Source of the DNA: a virus
Virus record (IMG/VR): IMGVR_UViG_3300045988_145033
Coordinates: 96,001-160,000 of that record
Length of the DNA: 64,000 bases
Reading direction: 5' to 3' (one strand)
Shown here: piece by piece, positions 18,354 to 28,165 of the stretch
How the letters are laid out: each line of letters starts with the position of its first letter
Numbering within the stretch: position 1 is the stretch's first letter
Program-made: the position numbers and the translations under genes
Notes under the pieces: model-generated
Databases searched by the model: none
Told to the model about the DNA's origin: nothing
The model's input: the letters and a program-made list of their open reading frames with translations, nothing else

Positions 18354-18746
18354 TTACTTATTTGCAATCTTTTCTACATTCTCTGTGAAGAAATCATCAT
18401 AAGATTTTGCATACTTTAAGTAATATTTCTCTTTAGGTTTTTCTCCGTTACTTGTTTGTCTTATTATGTTTGCGAAGTCTTTAATAGATACACCTATAAA
18501 TTCTATTATCTCTTTATTTGTGAGTAGAGTCTCATCCTCACAATGATTAATCTTTACAGATATATCATTGCATATAAAACTATATCTTCTTTTAACTACT
18601 ATATCTAAGTCTATAAGTCCACTAAAACTTAATCTATTAGATTCATTCAAATCAGCTCTTACTTTATATTCTATAAATATATCACCGCACTCAATACCAT
18701 ATTGCCATATCTTAAATATGTATCTGTCATCATTTGTTCTTTCCAT
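18354..18746 (-). CDS. hypothetical protein, 130 aa
   Basis: RBS AAGGAGAG. Confidence 0.45.
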   Translation of the reverse strand: MERTNDDRYIFKIWQYGIECGDIFIEYKVRADLNESNRLSFSGLIDLDIVVKRRYSFICNDISVKINHCEDETLLTNKEIIEFIGVSIKDFANIIRQTSNGEKPKEKYYLKYAKSYDDFFTENVEKIANK

Positions 18747-18798
18747 TATATCACTCTCCTTTATATTCTATTTAAAAGTTTTTCAAAAAATAAAATAA

Positions 18799-18826
18799 TA
18801 TACTCCCCGAAGGGAGTATACATTTA
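18799..18826. terminator. palindromic terminator (tatactcccc-gaa-gggagtata)
   Basis: Same family. Confidence 0.55.
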
Positions 18827-19315
18827 TTATTTGTCATCCATTGTAGCGTGGTCTGAGTCAATGATAGTTTGTTCAGGTTCTATTCTTTCGTCATTCATAT
18901 CACCTAAAGTAACTTCACCGTCAGCTTTATTTTCAGTTTCAGGCATTATATCTGTAGCTCCTACTTTAATAGAGTCTCCATCAATAACAGCACCTGCTCC
19001 TGCTTCTAATTGGTCTATTAATGATTCGTGGAATTTAGTAGCTTTGTCTATTTTACCTAAAGCTTCAGCATATTCAACTTCAACATTAACACTTTCTACA
19101 GTGTCACTTCCCGGTTCAACTGGTATATCTACAGTTATACTTGGAACTTCAGGAGCATCAGCATCTACATTAACTTCAGCCGTGTCACTTGCTTCTATTG
19201 AAACAGTTTGAGCATCATCTAAAGTGTCAGCTGGAGCTACTTCAGATTCTCCGTAAATATTTGGTTTATTGAATAAAGAGAAGTCTACTCCGTCTTTACC
19301 TATTTTTTGATACAT
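18827..19315 (-). CDS. highly acidic protein, 162 aa, with a VEYAEALG motif
   Basis: D/E-rich throughout. Late element AACAtttttaTA upstream. Palindromic terminator downstream. Confidence 0.5.
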   Translation of the reverse strand: MYQKIGKDGVDFSLFNKPNIYGESEVAPADTLDDAQTVSIEASDTAEVNVDADAPEVPSITVDIPVEPGSDTVESVNVEVEYAEALGKIDKATKFHESLIDQLEAGAGAVIDGDSIKVGATDIMPETENKADGEVTLGDMNDERIEPEQTIIDSDHATMDDK

Positions 19316-19355
19316 ATTTATACCTCCTAGTTATTTTTAATTTTATTAATTTCTC

Positions 19356-19367
19356 TATAAAAATGTT
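19356..19367 (-). promoter_or_regulatory. late promoter AACAtttttaTA
   Basis: Minus strand, upstream of the acidic 162-aa gene. Confidence 0.4.
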
Positions 19368-19370
19368 AAT

Positions 19371-19739
19371 TTATTGCTTTCTATCCATTTTATCTGAGAT
19401 TTTGTTATACAAAGAATCGAAGGACTTATTAAGTTCAGTTCTATCAGGTATTGCACCTAGTCTATACTTAATCTCATCCATATCTTCTTGTAGCTTTTTA
19501 ATATTATCTTCATGTGTAGAAAGCCTTACATCAGATGCAACTGAACGGTGTTTAAGTTCTTCCATAGTAACCTGTATATCGTGTATAGACCCGTTTATAT
19601 GATTTATTTCTATTGCTTGCTGATAAGTTGTAATAGTAAGAGTTACAAGTCCAACTATAGCTCCTCCTATTAAGGTAGTAAGTAAGGTTCCGGCATTTTC
19701 AAGTATTGATGAAAATGGTCCTTTATTGTTATTTGACAT
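19371..19739 (-). CDS. N-terminal TM plus coiled-coil protein, 122 aa (holin-like or membrane-tethered)
   Basis: Hydrophobic segment LLTTLIGGAIVGLVTLTITTY followed by a heptad-like region. RBS AAGGAGG. Confidence 0.45.
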   Translation of the reverse strand: MSNNNKGPFSSILENAGTLLTTLIGGAIVGLVTLTITTYQQAIEINHINGSIHDIQVTMEELKHRSVASDVRLSTHEDNIKKLQEDMDEIKYRLGAIPDRTELNKSFDSLYNKISDKMDRKQ

Positions 19740-19753
19740 AACCTAAAACCTCC

Positions 19754-20197
19754 TTATTCAGATTTAGATTTTTTGTTCTTTTTCCCTTTCTTTTCTGTAG
19801 CTTCTTCAGATTCGACAGTTTCTGATGCTTCTTCTGTAGATTCTCCGGAACCAGTAGTTTCTTCTTCAACTAATCCTTCCTCTTCTTCTACAAGTTCTTC
19901 TTCGGGATACATTGCTTCTTCCATTTCTTGTGCTTCTTTTACGATATCCTCATTTACATAACCTAACTCATACAATTTATTATATAAGCTATCATTTAAT
20001 ACAACTGGTGTATCTAAATTATGAATTGTAATTTCAACTTGTCCATTTGCCTTTGCTGCTATTATATCTCCCATTCCAACCCATACTGGATTTAATATAG
20101 GTAGCGGATAAGGAAGTCCGTGTCCGTGAGTTACAGCATCACTATTGTCCTTTAATCTCGCAGTTATCAGTAATTGTCTTTCTTCTATTTTAGCCAT
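19754..20197 (-). CDS. hypothetical protein with an acidic E-rich C-terminal tail, 147 aa
   Basis: RBS AGGAGG. Confidence 0.45.
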   Translation of the reverse strand: MAKIEERQLLITARLKDNSDAVTHGHGLPYPLPILNPVWVGMGDIIAAKANGQVEITIHNLDTPVVLNDSLYNKLYELGYVNEDIVKEAQEMEEAMYPEEELVEEEEGLVEEETTGSGESTEEASETVESEEATEKKGKKNKKSKSE

Positions 20198-20216
20198 TTA
20201 TAAACCTCCTATATAT

Positions 20217-20351
20217 TTATTACATTTGAAATTCTGCCTCTTTTTGTTGATTAGCTATTATTGCAAGAGTGTCTTTATTATCTTGATATAATCCAACGTC
20301 AAGGCAGTGCATTATTTCTGGTATCAGTACATAACTTAACATAAAATCCAT
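20217..20351 (-). CDS. possible 44-aa small ORF translationally coupled to the upstream gene
   Basis: ATG lies 2 nt after the TAG of the 451-aa gene. GGAGGTG sits 8 nt upstream within the upstream coding end. No similarity evidence. Confidence 0.25.
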
Positions 20352-20352
20352 A

Positions 20353-21708
20353 CTATCTCTTCACCTCCGCTAAATCATCTAATAGGAACTTAGGGTCTTT
20401 TTGAGCTCCATCTATTGTAAGTTTTAGAAGATATAGTATTATAGGAACTATTAAGAAATCCTCTAAAGTATCATCAACTTCCAAATCTACAGTTTCATCT
20501 AAGATACTTGCTGGGTCTTCAGCTATTCTCATAATAGATGATATAATATCACTATCGCTATCCAAAAGCTTTTCTGAACTTTTCTTTAAACTGTCAAGCT
20601 CTACAAGAGTTGGAATCTTTTTAACATTCGAGCTATCCTTTATTAGATACTCAGCTGTCTTATCAGACGGTATTCCTATAGACATTAAAGCTACATTTGG
20701 AGATGCGAATTGATTTAACTGAGTTAGATATCTTTGCTTAGGAAACCATTTCATAAGCTTTGTATATCTTCCACCTACTTCAAATTCCTTTACATCAAAT
20801 CTTGAAAAATTACCCAAAAAAGAAGATAAGTCATCATAAGTTATATCACCATACATTGATTTTTCAAAATCAAATGGTGTCATATCCTCATGTGTGAGTA
20901 TAAGCTCACCTACATACTTTTGTGAAAACTCATACATTATAGGACGCATTCTTCTTTGAAACTCTACAAGCATAGGGGAGTAGTATATCATATCTATTGG
21001 GTGCTCGGGATTATCTTCACATACATGAGAATATAAAAGTAAATTATATTCTTCATTGTAAAACGTTTCCAAGTATTCATTATTAATTCTTGCATAAGTT
21101 GCAACTAGCTTTCTTATATAAGCTACCGTTCCTATATCTATGATAGTTACTTTATTGTCTCCAACATTACCCATCACAAAATCGTAATTTCCTACAGTTT
21201 GCTTTTCAAGTTGCTTAAACTTATCAGGGTCTTTGTCAGATACAGCATAATAAGTATAAGTTATATGATGATGAGGTTCTTGAAGTATCGTATTAGCATC
21301 AGCTCTTGTCACACGAAACATAAGTTCCTTTGCTCCCGGTAAGGATATTACAAGCAAATCTCCTACTTGTGGATAAAACCCCGGAAGAATTAAACTCTCA
21401 TTATCAAGCTCTATAGTTATACCTTTTATATCCGTCTTTCTAGTTTCCCTATTAAACTCTTTAAAGGCATAAAGCGGAGTATTATTAATTCTATTATATC
21501 TTACAGGTGAGTCTGGTGATAACCAGTCATATACTTGTCCCATACCTTTAGAACCCGTACTATCAGCATTTGATATATTATAGTATCTACAGAAGATAGG
21601 TTTTGACTCCATTCTTCTTACATTGTATTTATAGTATCTTCTCGCTTGATTTCTGAGCATCTTATTCGTCGTATCAACCGTTTGGTCTTTTAAATTCAAG
21701 GATTTCAC
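20353..21708 (-). CDS. hypothetical protein, about 450 aa (start more likely the TTG at 21699)
   Basis: The track start is a GTG with zero spacer to GGAGG, whereas a TTG 9 nt downstream has good spacing. Late element AACAcctttTTA upstream on the minus strand. Confidence 0.45.
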   Translation of the reverse strand: MKSLNLKDQTVDTTNKMLRNQARRYYKYNVRRMESKPIFCRYYNISNADSTGSKGMGQVYDWLSPDSPVRYNRINNTPLYAFKEFNRETRKTDIKGITIELDNESLILPGFYPQVGDLLVISLPGAKELMFRVTRADANTILQEPHHHITYTYYAVSDKDPDKFKQLEKQTVGNYDFVMGNVGDNKVTIIDIGTVAYIRKLVATYARINNEYLETFYNEEYNLLLYSHVCEDNPEHPIDMIYYSPMLVEFQRRMRPIMYEFSQKYVGELILTHEDMTPFDFEKSMYGDITYDDLSSFLGNFSRFDVKEFEVGGRYTKLMKWFPKQRYLTQLNQFASPNVALMSIGIPSDKTAEYLIKDSSNVKKIPTLVELDSLKKSSEKLLDSDSDIISSIMRIAEDPASILDETVDLEVDDTLEDFLIVPIILYLLKLTIDGAQKDPKFLLDDLAEVKR

Positions 21709-21732
21709 CTCCTATTAAAATTGTAAATTTCT

Positions 21733-21744
21733 CTAAAAAGGTGT
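21733..21744 (-). promoter_or_regulatory. late promoter (divergent) AACAcctttTTA
   Basis: Minus strand, upstream of 20353..21708. Confidence 0.4.
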
Positions 21745-21757
21745 TCGATACAGTGAA

Positions 21758-21769
21758 AAACAGCCCTTT
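21758..21769 (+). promoter_or_regulatory. late promoter AACAgcccttTAGTTAAAAA
   Basis: Upstream of 21808. Confidence 0.45.
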
Positions 21770-21807
21770 AGTTAAAAATTATAAATAAAATAGGAGGTTT
21801 AAAATAT

Positions 21808-23640
21808 ATGGAAGATATAACTTTATATGGAAATGAAGTTCTACCAGAAGTAAGAGAATATATGTATGCTGAAGCTGAAATGACAGTATCGTATAATTTA
21901 ATACAAGATTATTTCTTCAATCTTATGGATAGCTTTAGAGATGAAACTATATACTATGGTGAAGCTGATGATGATGGTGAAGTTAAAACTGGATTTTTTG
22001 CGAAGATAGGACAAATGTTTGTAAAGATGTGGAAAGCTATTATAAACTTTATTAAAACTGTATTTAGAAAAACTTGGGAAATACTTTCAAAACCATTCAG
22101 TTTTAAAATGAATAGAGCTAATAACTCGTCTGGTGGCGGAGGTGGCGGTGGCTCATCAACACCTACTGAAAGAACTGCTGGTGGAGGCGGTGCTGAAGAA
22201 ACTGCTAATAGAATAACTACTACAGATTTTAGACAATACCAAGAAATTGCAAACTTAAGAAGAAATCTAGTTTCATATCTTGGAAAAATGTCTACGGTAG
22301 AAAAGGATAAACTTTTAGCTACATTTGCTATAATGAAGGATGATAGTGTAAAAAATATAAGTCTTACTAAGATAGACAATAAAGGTACATACGATACACA
22401 CATAAAAAATATGGAAGCTATAAAGAAGAACTTGCTTGAAAACTTTAAACTTATATACGAATATGATGAGTTAAAGGATACAGATGCTATTAAAAACGTA
22501 GCAGCTACTCCAGCCATGAACCTTGTGTATAAGGAAGTACCAAAGCATTCTTTAATAAATGTAAAATATGAAAAGCCTAAAGAAGATGAAGAAGTAGTTA
22601 AAAAAGGAATAGCATCTCTATTCGGGATACAAATGATAGCTAAAAAGATTATAGAATGTACATCTAAAGTTACAGATACGACACAAACTGTTCAAAAGAA
22701 AAAGTCTGAAGCTAGTATAGCTAAAGATATTAAGAGTTTGATTAATACAATATTAGCGATAAATATGAGTGATACTGGAACTCACACTGGACTTATAACG
22801 GATAAGGATAATGATATAAAGGTATTTGGAGACTATAATATAGTAGAGCTTTCTAAAGCTGTTAATGTTATATACGTATACTCATTTGGAGAAGATGCTT
22901 TAAAATTACTTAAAAAAGACCCTACAGGTATAATACAAGCTAAATTAAATTCAAATACAGTAATAAAGCCAGAAGCATATGAAACTAATAAAGGTATATT
23001 CTTAAAGAAAATGGTTAATGTCAATATAGCTGACAAGGTGTTAGAAACTGTTCAAATTAAAGCCGATGGAAATCAACCAGAATCTTTAACTTCTATTCTT
23101 AGTAAAGAATTTAAAGCAGCCGAAGGCAAAAAACCAGCAACAACATATGATGCACTAAGAGACCAGCTACTTAATGCTTTAGCGACATTTAAAGATTTAA
23201 GAGAGAATAATGAAAAGAAAGATAACGATGGTAAAACTGAATATGATAAAATAACAGATGAAAATGAAGCAGTTAAAGCGTCTGATATGTGGAAAGGTAT
23301 AGTAACTAATGCTGCAAAGATAATTAAGAATGTAGCTAGTAGTGCACCAGAAATGGCAAGAACTATAACTAGAATAGATACAGCCATAGTTATACATAAG
23401 CACTTATATAATACTATTCTTAGTGTATCGGTTACTGCTAACTTATGGGACGTATATTGTCATATGTATAAGGTAGCTAAAGACAACTTAGAGAATAATA
23501 AAGAGTTGATAAAGGATACAACAGGAAGCGATGACGCTACTAAAGAGCACAAACTAATAAAAGAAAAGTTAGCAGCATTAGATACAGAAGTTGCAGATTT
23601 AAAAGTTCAACTACAAAAAGAACTTAAAGGAAAACAATAA
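21808..23640 (+). CDS. paralog 1 of a propeptide/hydrophobic-helix/poly-Gly family, 610 aa (candidate internal or ejection protein)
   Basis: N-terminal YMYAEAE and YYGEADDDGE, then amphipathic helix GFFAKIGQMFVKMWKAIINFIKTVF, then G7 run. Late element upstream. Confidence 0.5.
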   Translation: MEDITLYGNEVLPEVREYMYAEAEMTVSYNLIQDYFFNLMDSFRDETIYYGEADDDGEVKTGFFAKIGQMFVKMWKAIINFIKTVFRKTWEILSKPFSFKMNRANNSSGGGGGGGSSTPTERTAGGGGAEETANRITTTDFRQYQEIANLRRNLVSYLGKMSTVEKDKLLATFAIMKDDSVKNISLTKIDNKGTYDTHIKNMEAIKKNLLENFKLIYEYDELKDTDAIKNVAATPAMNLVYKEVPKHSLINVKYEKPKEDEEVVKKGIASLFGIQMIAKKIIECTSKVTDTTQTVQKKKSEASIAKDIKSLINTILAINMSDTGTHTGLITDKDNDIKVFGDYNIVELSKAVNVIYVYSFGEDALKLLKKDPTGIIQAKLNSNTVIKPEAYETNKGIFLKKMVNVNIADKVLETVQIKADGNQPESLTSILSKEFKAAEGKKPATTYDALRDQLLNALATFKDLRENNEKKDNDGKTEYDKITDENEAVKASDMWKGIVTNAAKIIKNVASSAPEMARTITRIDTAIVIHKHLYNTILSVSVTANLWDVYCHMYKVAKDNLENNKELIKDTTGSDDATKEHKLIKEKLAALDTEVADLKVQLQKELKGKQ

Positions 23641-23648
23641 TAAAATTA

Positions 23649-23678
23649 ATACTCCACCATTACGGTGGAGTATCTTTA
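23649..23678. terminator. bidirectional terminator between convergent paralog genes (atactccacc-attac-ggtggagtat)
   Basis: 10-bp perfect stem. Confidence 0.55.
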
Positions 23679-25310
23679 TTTATCATCGTCATCACTTTTT
23701 ACAGATATATAATATAGTGCTTGTACTACAGTTGATATATCTTCTTGAATCTTTTTATAGAATGGATTATTTACATTTCTTATAAATTTTTGAGATATAT
23801 CTACAATCTTTGATACAACCAGTGTTATATTGATACTACGATTTAAAATATTTTCTAATGCTATCTTTGTAGAATACTCATCGAATTGTAAAGTTTCATC
23901 TGATTGAAATTCATTTAGTTTATCTCTTATTTCCTTACCTTTACTATGTAGAGCATTTATAGATTTTGATAAATCGTTTAGTTCTATCGTATTATCGTCT
24001 ATAACCTTCATAAGTTTAGCTGTTATTCTAGTTTCTATATCAGCTAAATCAGAACGAGCTATAGCATAAACAGTTTTCTCATTATCGCTTAATTTTCTAA
24101 ATTCAGAGAAAACTAAAGTATTTTTGATTTCAGCTAAATTAGAATTTCTAACGAACTTCATATCTTGTAGTATACTCGCAAGTGTATTTAAAGTCTTATC
24201 GTCAAGTATAGGTATATTCTGAACCTTACCTTTAGTTTCGTTTATAATTCTACTTTCAAGTTTAGCGACATCTGGACTTCCTTTTAACTTATCGTCTATA
24301 GACAGTATAAGATTCGTGTATTCTGTTGCTGATTTTTCCGATAATCCCTCAAATACAGTAGAGTACCCTGTATTAATTTCTTTCTGCAACTGTGTTATTT
24401 CAGCGTCTGTAGGCTTTCTATTTGCATTACCGTCCGTATCAATCTTAATTCTTTTTATAGTCATTATAGAATTTGGAGTAGTCTGATAAATCATAGCAAC
24501 CAACATAAGAGAGTCAGCATTTATAAGAGTATCGGTCATGAAATCTGCTATAAAATATTTACCACCTTTAGACAAAGCTTGTATTTTTTCAACTTTATCG
24601 AAATATGTATCAATATCTTCGAAATCCTCAAAAGGATATTGTCTTAAAATATCGCTATATTTAGTTCCGTCAAATGCTTTATCTTCAGCGATATTTCCAC
24701 GAACAACATCAAGAACAAGATTTGCTATATCTTTTGATATAACAAATACACCATTTGATGTCTTGTCTATATCAACTCTTATATCCTTTACAGCTTCCCT
24801 ACTTATATCATTTATCATCTCGTCAGTTAAAGGTTTACCTTCTTCGTTGCTTATAATATTATCAAGTCTTTTACGTATTCTTAAAGTAGCTTCTCCGTCT
24901 CTTAAACCGCCATATTTACGTATAGCTTCTTTAGCTCTTAATGTCATCATCTTAAGATTAGCCGCTCTTATAATTTCAGGTTGACGTCCGACTCTTCCAA
25001 TATTTACAGAAGAGTAGTCTGAACCTCCACCTCCACCCGAATAAATGTCAACACGGTCTCCTTTTAGTTTATCTTTGACTTTCTTGAATATGAAGCTAAA
25101 GATACCGAATATAACAGTTTTAATTCCCATCAATATTTTAAGCAATAAAGATATAGCCGATTTAGCCATATTTCCTATAGCTTGAAAGATAGACTTTACA
25201 GATTCATCATAAAGTCTAAGTTTATTTTCTGTCTCTATTCTATCCTTTAAAGCTTGTAGCTGATATGTAGCAGCTACAGCTTCGTAATATTCTATAGAAT
25301 AATCTTCCAT
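23676..25310 (-). CDS. paralog 2 of the same family, 544 aa
   Basis: Hydrophobic helix ISLLLKILMGIKTVIFGIFSFIF followed by a GGGGG run. RBS AAGGAAGTG. Confidence 0.5.
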   Translation of the reverse strand: MEDYSIEYYEAVAATYQLQALKDRIETENKLRLYDESVKSIFQAIGNMAKSAISLLLKILMGIKTVIFGIFSFIFKKVKDKLKGDRVDIYSGGGGGSDYSSVNIGRVGRQPEIIRAANLKMMTLRAKEAIRKYGGLRDGEATLRIRKRLDNIISNEEGKPLTDEMINDISREAVKDIRVDIDKTSNGVFVISKDIANLVLDVVRGNIAEDKAFDGTKYSDILRQYPFEDFEDIDTYFDKVEKIQALSKGGKYFIADFMTDTLINADSLMLVAMIYQTTPNSIMTIKRIKIDTDGNANRKPTDAEITQLQKEINTGYSTVFEGLSEKSATEYTNLILSIDDKLKGSPDVAKLESRIINETKGKVQNIPILDDKTLNTLASILQDMKFVRNSNLAEIKNTLVFSEFRKLSDNEKTVYAIARSDLADIETRITAKLMKVIDDNTIELNDLSKSINALHSKGKEIRDKLNEFQSDETLQFDEYSTKIALENILNRSINITLVVSKIVDISQKFIRNVNNPFYKKIQEDISTVVQALYYISVKSDDDDK

Positions 25311-25322
25311 TTTATCACTTCC

Positions 25323-26765
25323 TTATTTTAAAAATTCAGCGAAATTAGTTCTAATGAATTCTTCGTTTTCTTTATCGTCTCCAGATACAAGTTGTAATAG
25401 ATTTTTCTCTTTACCTTTTATCTTTCCAGTTATGTTATTTAGTATATCTCTTCTCATGTTATGGAATATTTTACTATCTATTACATTTTTAACAACTTGT
25501 CCAATTTGTACCGAATACATAACTGAAGATGTCATAGCTATCGTAACGGTAATCCATTTATTTATTTCAGATATTATACCTTTATCTTCAATAGCATTAT
25601 TCTCATCTAAGTTATCTACTATAGACTTTATAGAATTTTGATATCCTGATAGTTTTCCAATTTTTTCTTTTATTGTTTTTATTTTACTATCGTCAATATC
25701 TTTACCTTCTGCTAGTTCACTAAATATACTATATATTTTTGATTGATTGCTTATTTTTTCAGCGTTAAATGAGATTTGTAAATTCATTCTTTCATCATCA
25801 GCACTATCATTATCAAATTCCCAAGTAAAATTATAAAATGTGCTCATTAAATTCTTATGACTTTCTGATTTTATTTGTAGAACTTTAGATATATCACCGT
25901 AGTTTAAAATGTTCTTTGGAGATGCACTGTCAGTATATAGTTTAGATAAAACTTCGTTCGAATCTTTTTCAAATTTATCCACAGACTCTTTATTACTGAA
26001 ATCAACACTTTGAGTTTTTAATGGAGCTAGTAAAGCTATTAAATCTTCTTGCACATCTTTATATAAAGACTTTGTAGTATTTGCAATATTAGAACTTACA
26101 CCTATAGCTGTACCGTCGACTTTCCCGATATATCTATTCACATTTAATTGAGTTGCAGCAGATAGTAGTAATATACCCGGTGCATTTAATACCGTTTCTA
26201 ATATGAATTTAGGAAAAGTATCGTCATTGTCACTAGATACAATCTTTTTAAACTCAGCATTTGATTTATTATAGCTCTCATCATTTAATAAAACGACTGG
26301 TTCGCTCATATTGCTGTATTTATCTCTTATCGTAGACAATGTCGCTCCTTCGAAAACTTTATTCATAAGTTCAGACCTTATTTTTAATTTAGGTGTGCTA
26401 GAAGATGAGCCTCCACCACCTCCACCACCGAAAGAAATACCATTACCTTTCTTTCTTCTGAAATACATAATAAGTCCTATAATTACTAAAAGTAGTAGTC
26501 CTTTTATTCCTAATACCATTTTAAGTATAATAAGTATAGCTTTCTTTATGAATACTAAAAGTGCCGCAAATATTCCTCCAACGCTTTCAGCATACATTAT
26601 TTCTCTTCTTTGATACATCTCAAGCATTACTCTACCTTCTTCTAAAGCCATATAACTTTCGCAAATAGCAAGCTCATCAACTTCAGGAATTTCAATATCA
26701 CGATGTCTGCTACTATTATCAATATCAGCTACAGACTCCATATATAAATTTACTATATTATCCAT
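25323..26765 (-). CDS. paralog 3 of the same family, 480 aa (strongly hydrophobic helix pair)
   Basis: MYAESVGGIFAALLVFIKKAILIILKMVLGIKGLLLLVIIGLIMYF, then G7 run. Late element with TAGATTAAAA upstream. Confidence 0.5.
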   Translation of the reverse strand: MDNIVNLYMESVADIDNSSRHRDIEIPEVDELAICESYMALEEGRVMLEMYQRREIMYAESVGGIFAALLVFIKKAILIILKMVLGIKGLLLLVIIGLIMYFRRKKGNGISFGGGGGGGSSSSTPKLKIRSELMNKVFEGATLSTIRDKYSNMSEPVVLLNDESYNKSNAEFKKIVSSDNDDTFPKFILETVLNAPGILLLSAATQLNVNRYIGKVDGTAIGVSSNIANTTKSLYKDVQEDLIALLAPLKTQSVDFSNKESVDKFEKDSNEVLSKLYTDSASPKNILNYGDISKVLQIKSESHKNLMSTFYNFTWEFDNDSADDERMNLQISFNAEKISNQSKIYSIFSELAEGKDIDDSKIKTIKEKIGKLSGYQNSIKSIVDNLDENNAIEDKGIISEINKWITVTIAMTSSVMYSVQIGQVVKNVIDSKIFHNMRRDILNNITGKIKGKEKNLLQLVSGDDKENEEFIRTNFAEFLK

Positions 26766-26796
26766 ATTAAACCTCCATTTTTTTTTGTTTTTAATC

Positions 26797-26808
26797 TAAA
26801 ACGCTGTT
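26797..26808 (-). promoter_or_regulatory. late promoter AACAgcgtttTAGATTAAAA
   Basis: Minus strand, upstream of 25323..26765. Confidence 0.5.
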
Positions 26809-26836
26809 TTAAAGGTATTTATAAGATAAAAAAAAA

Positions 26837-26866
26837 TAATACCCCGAAGGGTATTATTTTATCATA
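26837..26866. terminator. palindromic terminator (taatacccc-gaa-gggtatta)
   Basis: Same family. Confidence 0.55.
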
Positions 26867-26870
26867 TAAT

Positions 26871-28109
26871 TTATTCCTTAGCTGTAGAAGTTTGCACATT
26901 TTTCAATTTATCTAAAGATGTACATAAAGGTTTTACATAACCGATAAATCTATCAAGTTGTATTTTACCTGTGTTGAATGCAGTTACAACAGCTGTAGAA
27001 ACTCTTGTCATGTATGTAGAGTACACAGTAGATATTCTCATAAGAGCAGACGCGTTATCTTTTACATTTTGATTTTCATTTTCTTTATCAGTACGGTCAT
27101 TATAAATACCTTCGGCTTTATTTTCGATTCTTGCCATTAATTTCTTCAAGTCGTCGATTTTTTCTTTATATTCAGATACACCTTTATCTAAAGCGTCTTC
27201 TATATCATCATATACGATATTTTTAGCCGCACTATTTAATTTAGCTATAGCTTTAGGTATATCTCCTCCTTTCTTAACTGTGTCAGCTTTAGAATCCCAT
27301 AATTTTGCAATAGCTTCTGCTGGTTTTTGAGTTGAAGTGTCACCGAATATAGCACCATTTAAGTCAGGGTCAGTAATACCACCATTTTTTATAGCACTAT
27401 CGTATATGTATCTGACTAATGATTCGTCGTCTCTCATATGTCTAGCTTGTTGAACATCTTTAAATAGCCCTTCAACAGTTTTACCAGCACCTTCACTAGC
27501 AGATTTTAAATCTGTAATCTTTTCTAGTTCTTCAGTTAATTTTGAAATCGTTACAGTTTCTCCAGTTTTATCAGTTAAATTAATTTGTAGTAAAGTTTTA
27601 GTTCTTGTTGTAGCACCCTTAGCTAGTTTACTTCCTATAGTACCCATAATTATATTAGATATAGCTTCGTAAGCATAATCTTTAAAACTTATTTTATCGT
27701 CTTCATTGAAAGTTGTAAGTTTAGAAACTTTGTCTAATACATCTTTAATGTATTGAATATCCATTCTGTAGTTTTTGTTAGCTTTGAATCTTCCTAATAA
27801 TTTGATTACAAAGTCTTTTGCTTTTTCATACAATTTAACGATAGCTGCTATAATCTTTTTGAAGAACCCACCTTCAGCTTCTCCATACATAATAGCTCCT
27901 ACTAAAGATAGTCCTTTAGAATCCATTAATTCTTGAGTAGCTTCAGCATATAAAACACCATTTCTTTCCATATTTGCAGACGCTTCAGCATAAGCCATGA
28001 ATGATTCCATTAAGTCGGCTTCAGATGCTTCAGGTACTCCACCGTATAATGTTCCATGTTGTGGTAATGTTGCTTCACGATACAATTTCATGAATGTATT
28101 TTCTGACAT
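26871..28109 (-). CDS. paralog 4 of the same family, 412 aa
   Basis: AYAEAS, LYAEAT, IMYGEAEGGFFKKIIAAIVKLY. Late element with TAGATTAAAA upstream. Confidence 0.5.
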   Translation of the reverse strand: MSENTFMKLYREATLPQHGTLYGGVPEASEADLMESFMAYAEASANMERNGVLYAEATQELMDSKGLSLVGAIMYGEAEGGFFKKIIAAIVKLYEKAKDFVIKLLGRFKANKNYRMDIQYIKDVLDKVSKLTTFNEDDKISFKDYAYEAISNIIMGTIGSKLAKGATTRTKTLLQINLTDKTGETVTISKLTEELEKITDLKSASEGAGKTVEGLFKDVQQARHMRDDESLVRYIYDSAIKNGGITDPDLNGAIFGDTSTQKPAEAIAKLWDSKADTVKKGGDIPKAIAKLNSAAKNIVYDDIEDALDKGVSEYKEKIDDLKKLMARIENKAEGIYNDRTDKENENQNVKDNASALMRISTVYSTYMTRVSTAVVTAFNTGKIQLDRFIGYVKPLCTSLDKLKNVQTSTAKE

Positions 28110-28153
28110 ATTTTATACCTCCTAGTTATTTTAAAATTTATTTTGTTTTAATC

Positions 28154-28165
28154 TACACCTATGTT
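28154..28165 (-). promoter_or_regulatory. late promoter AACAtaggtgTAGATTAAAA
   Basis: Minus strand, upstream of 26871..28109. Confidence 0.5.
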
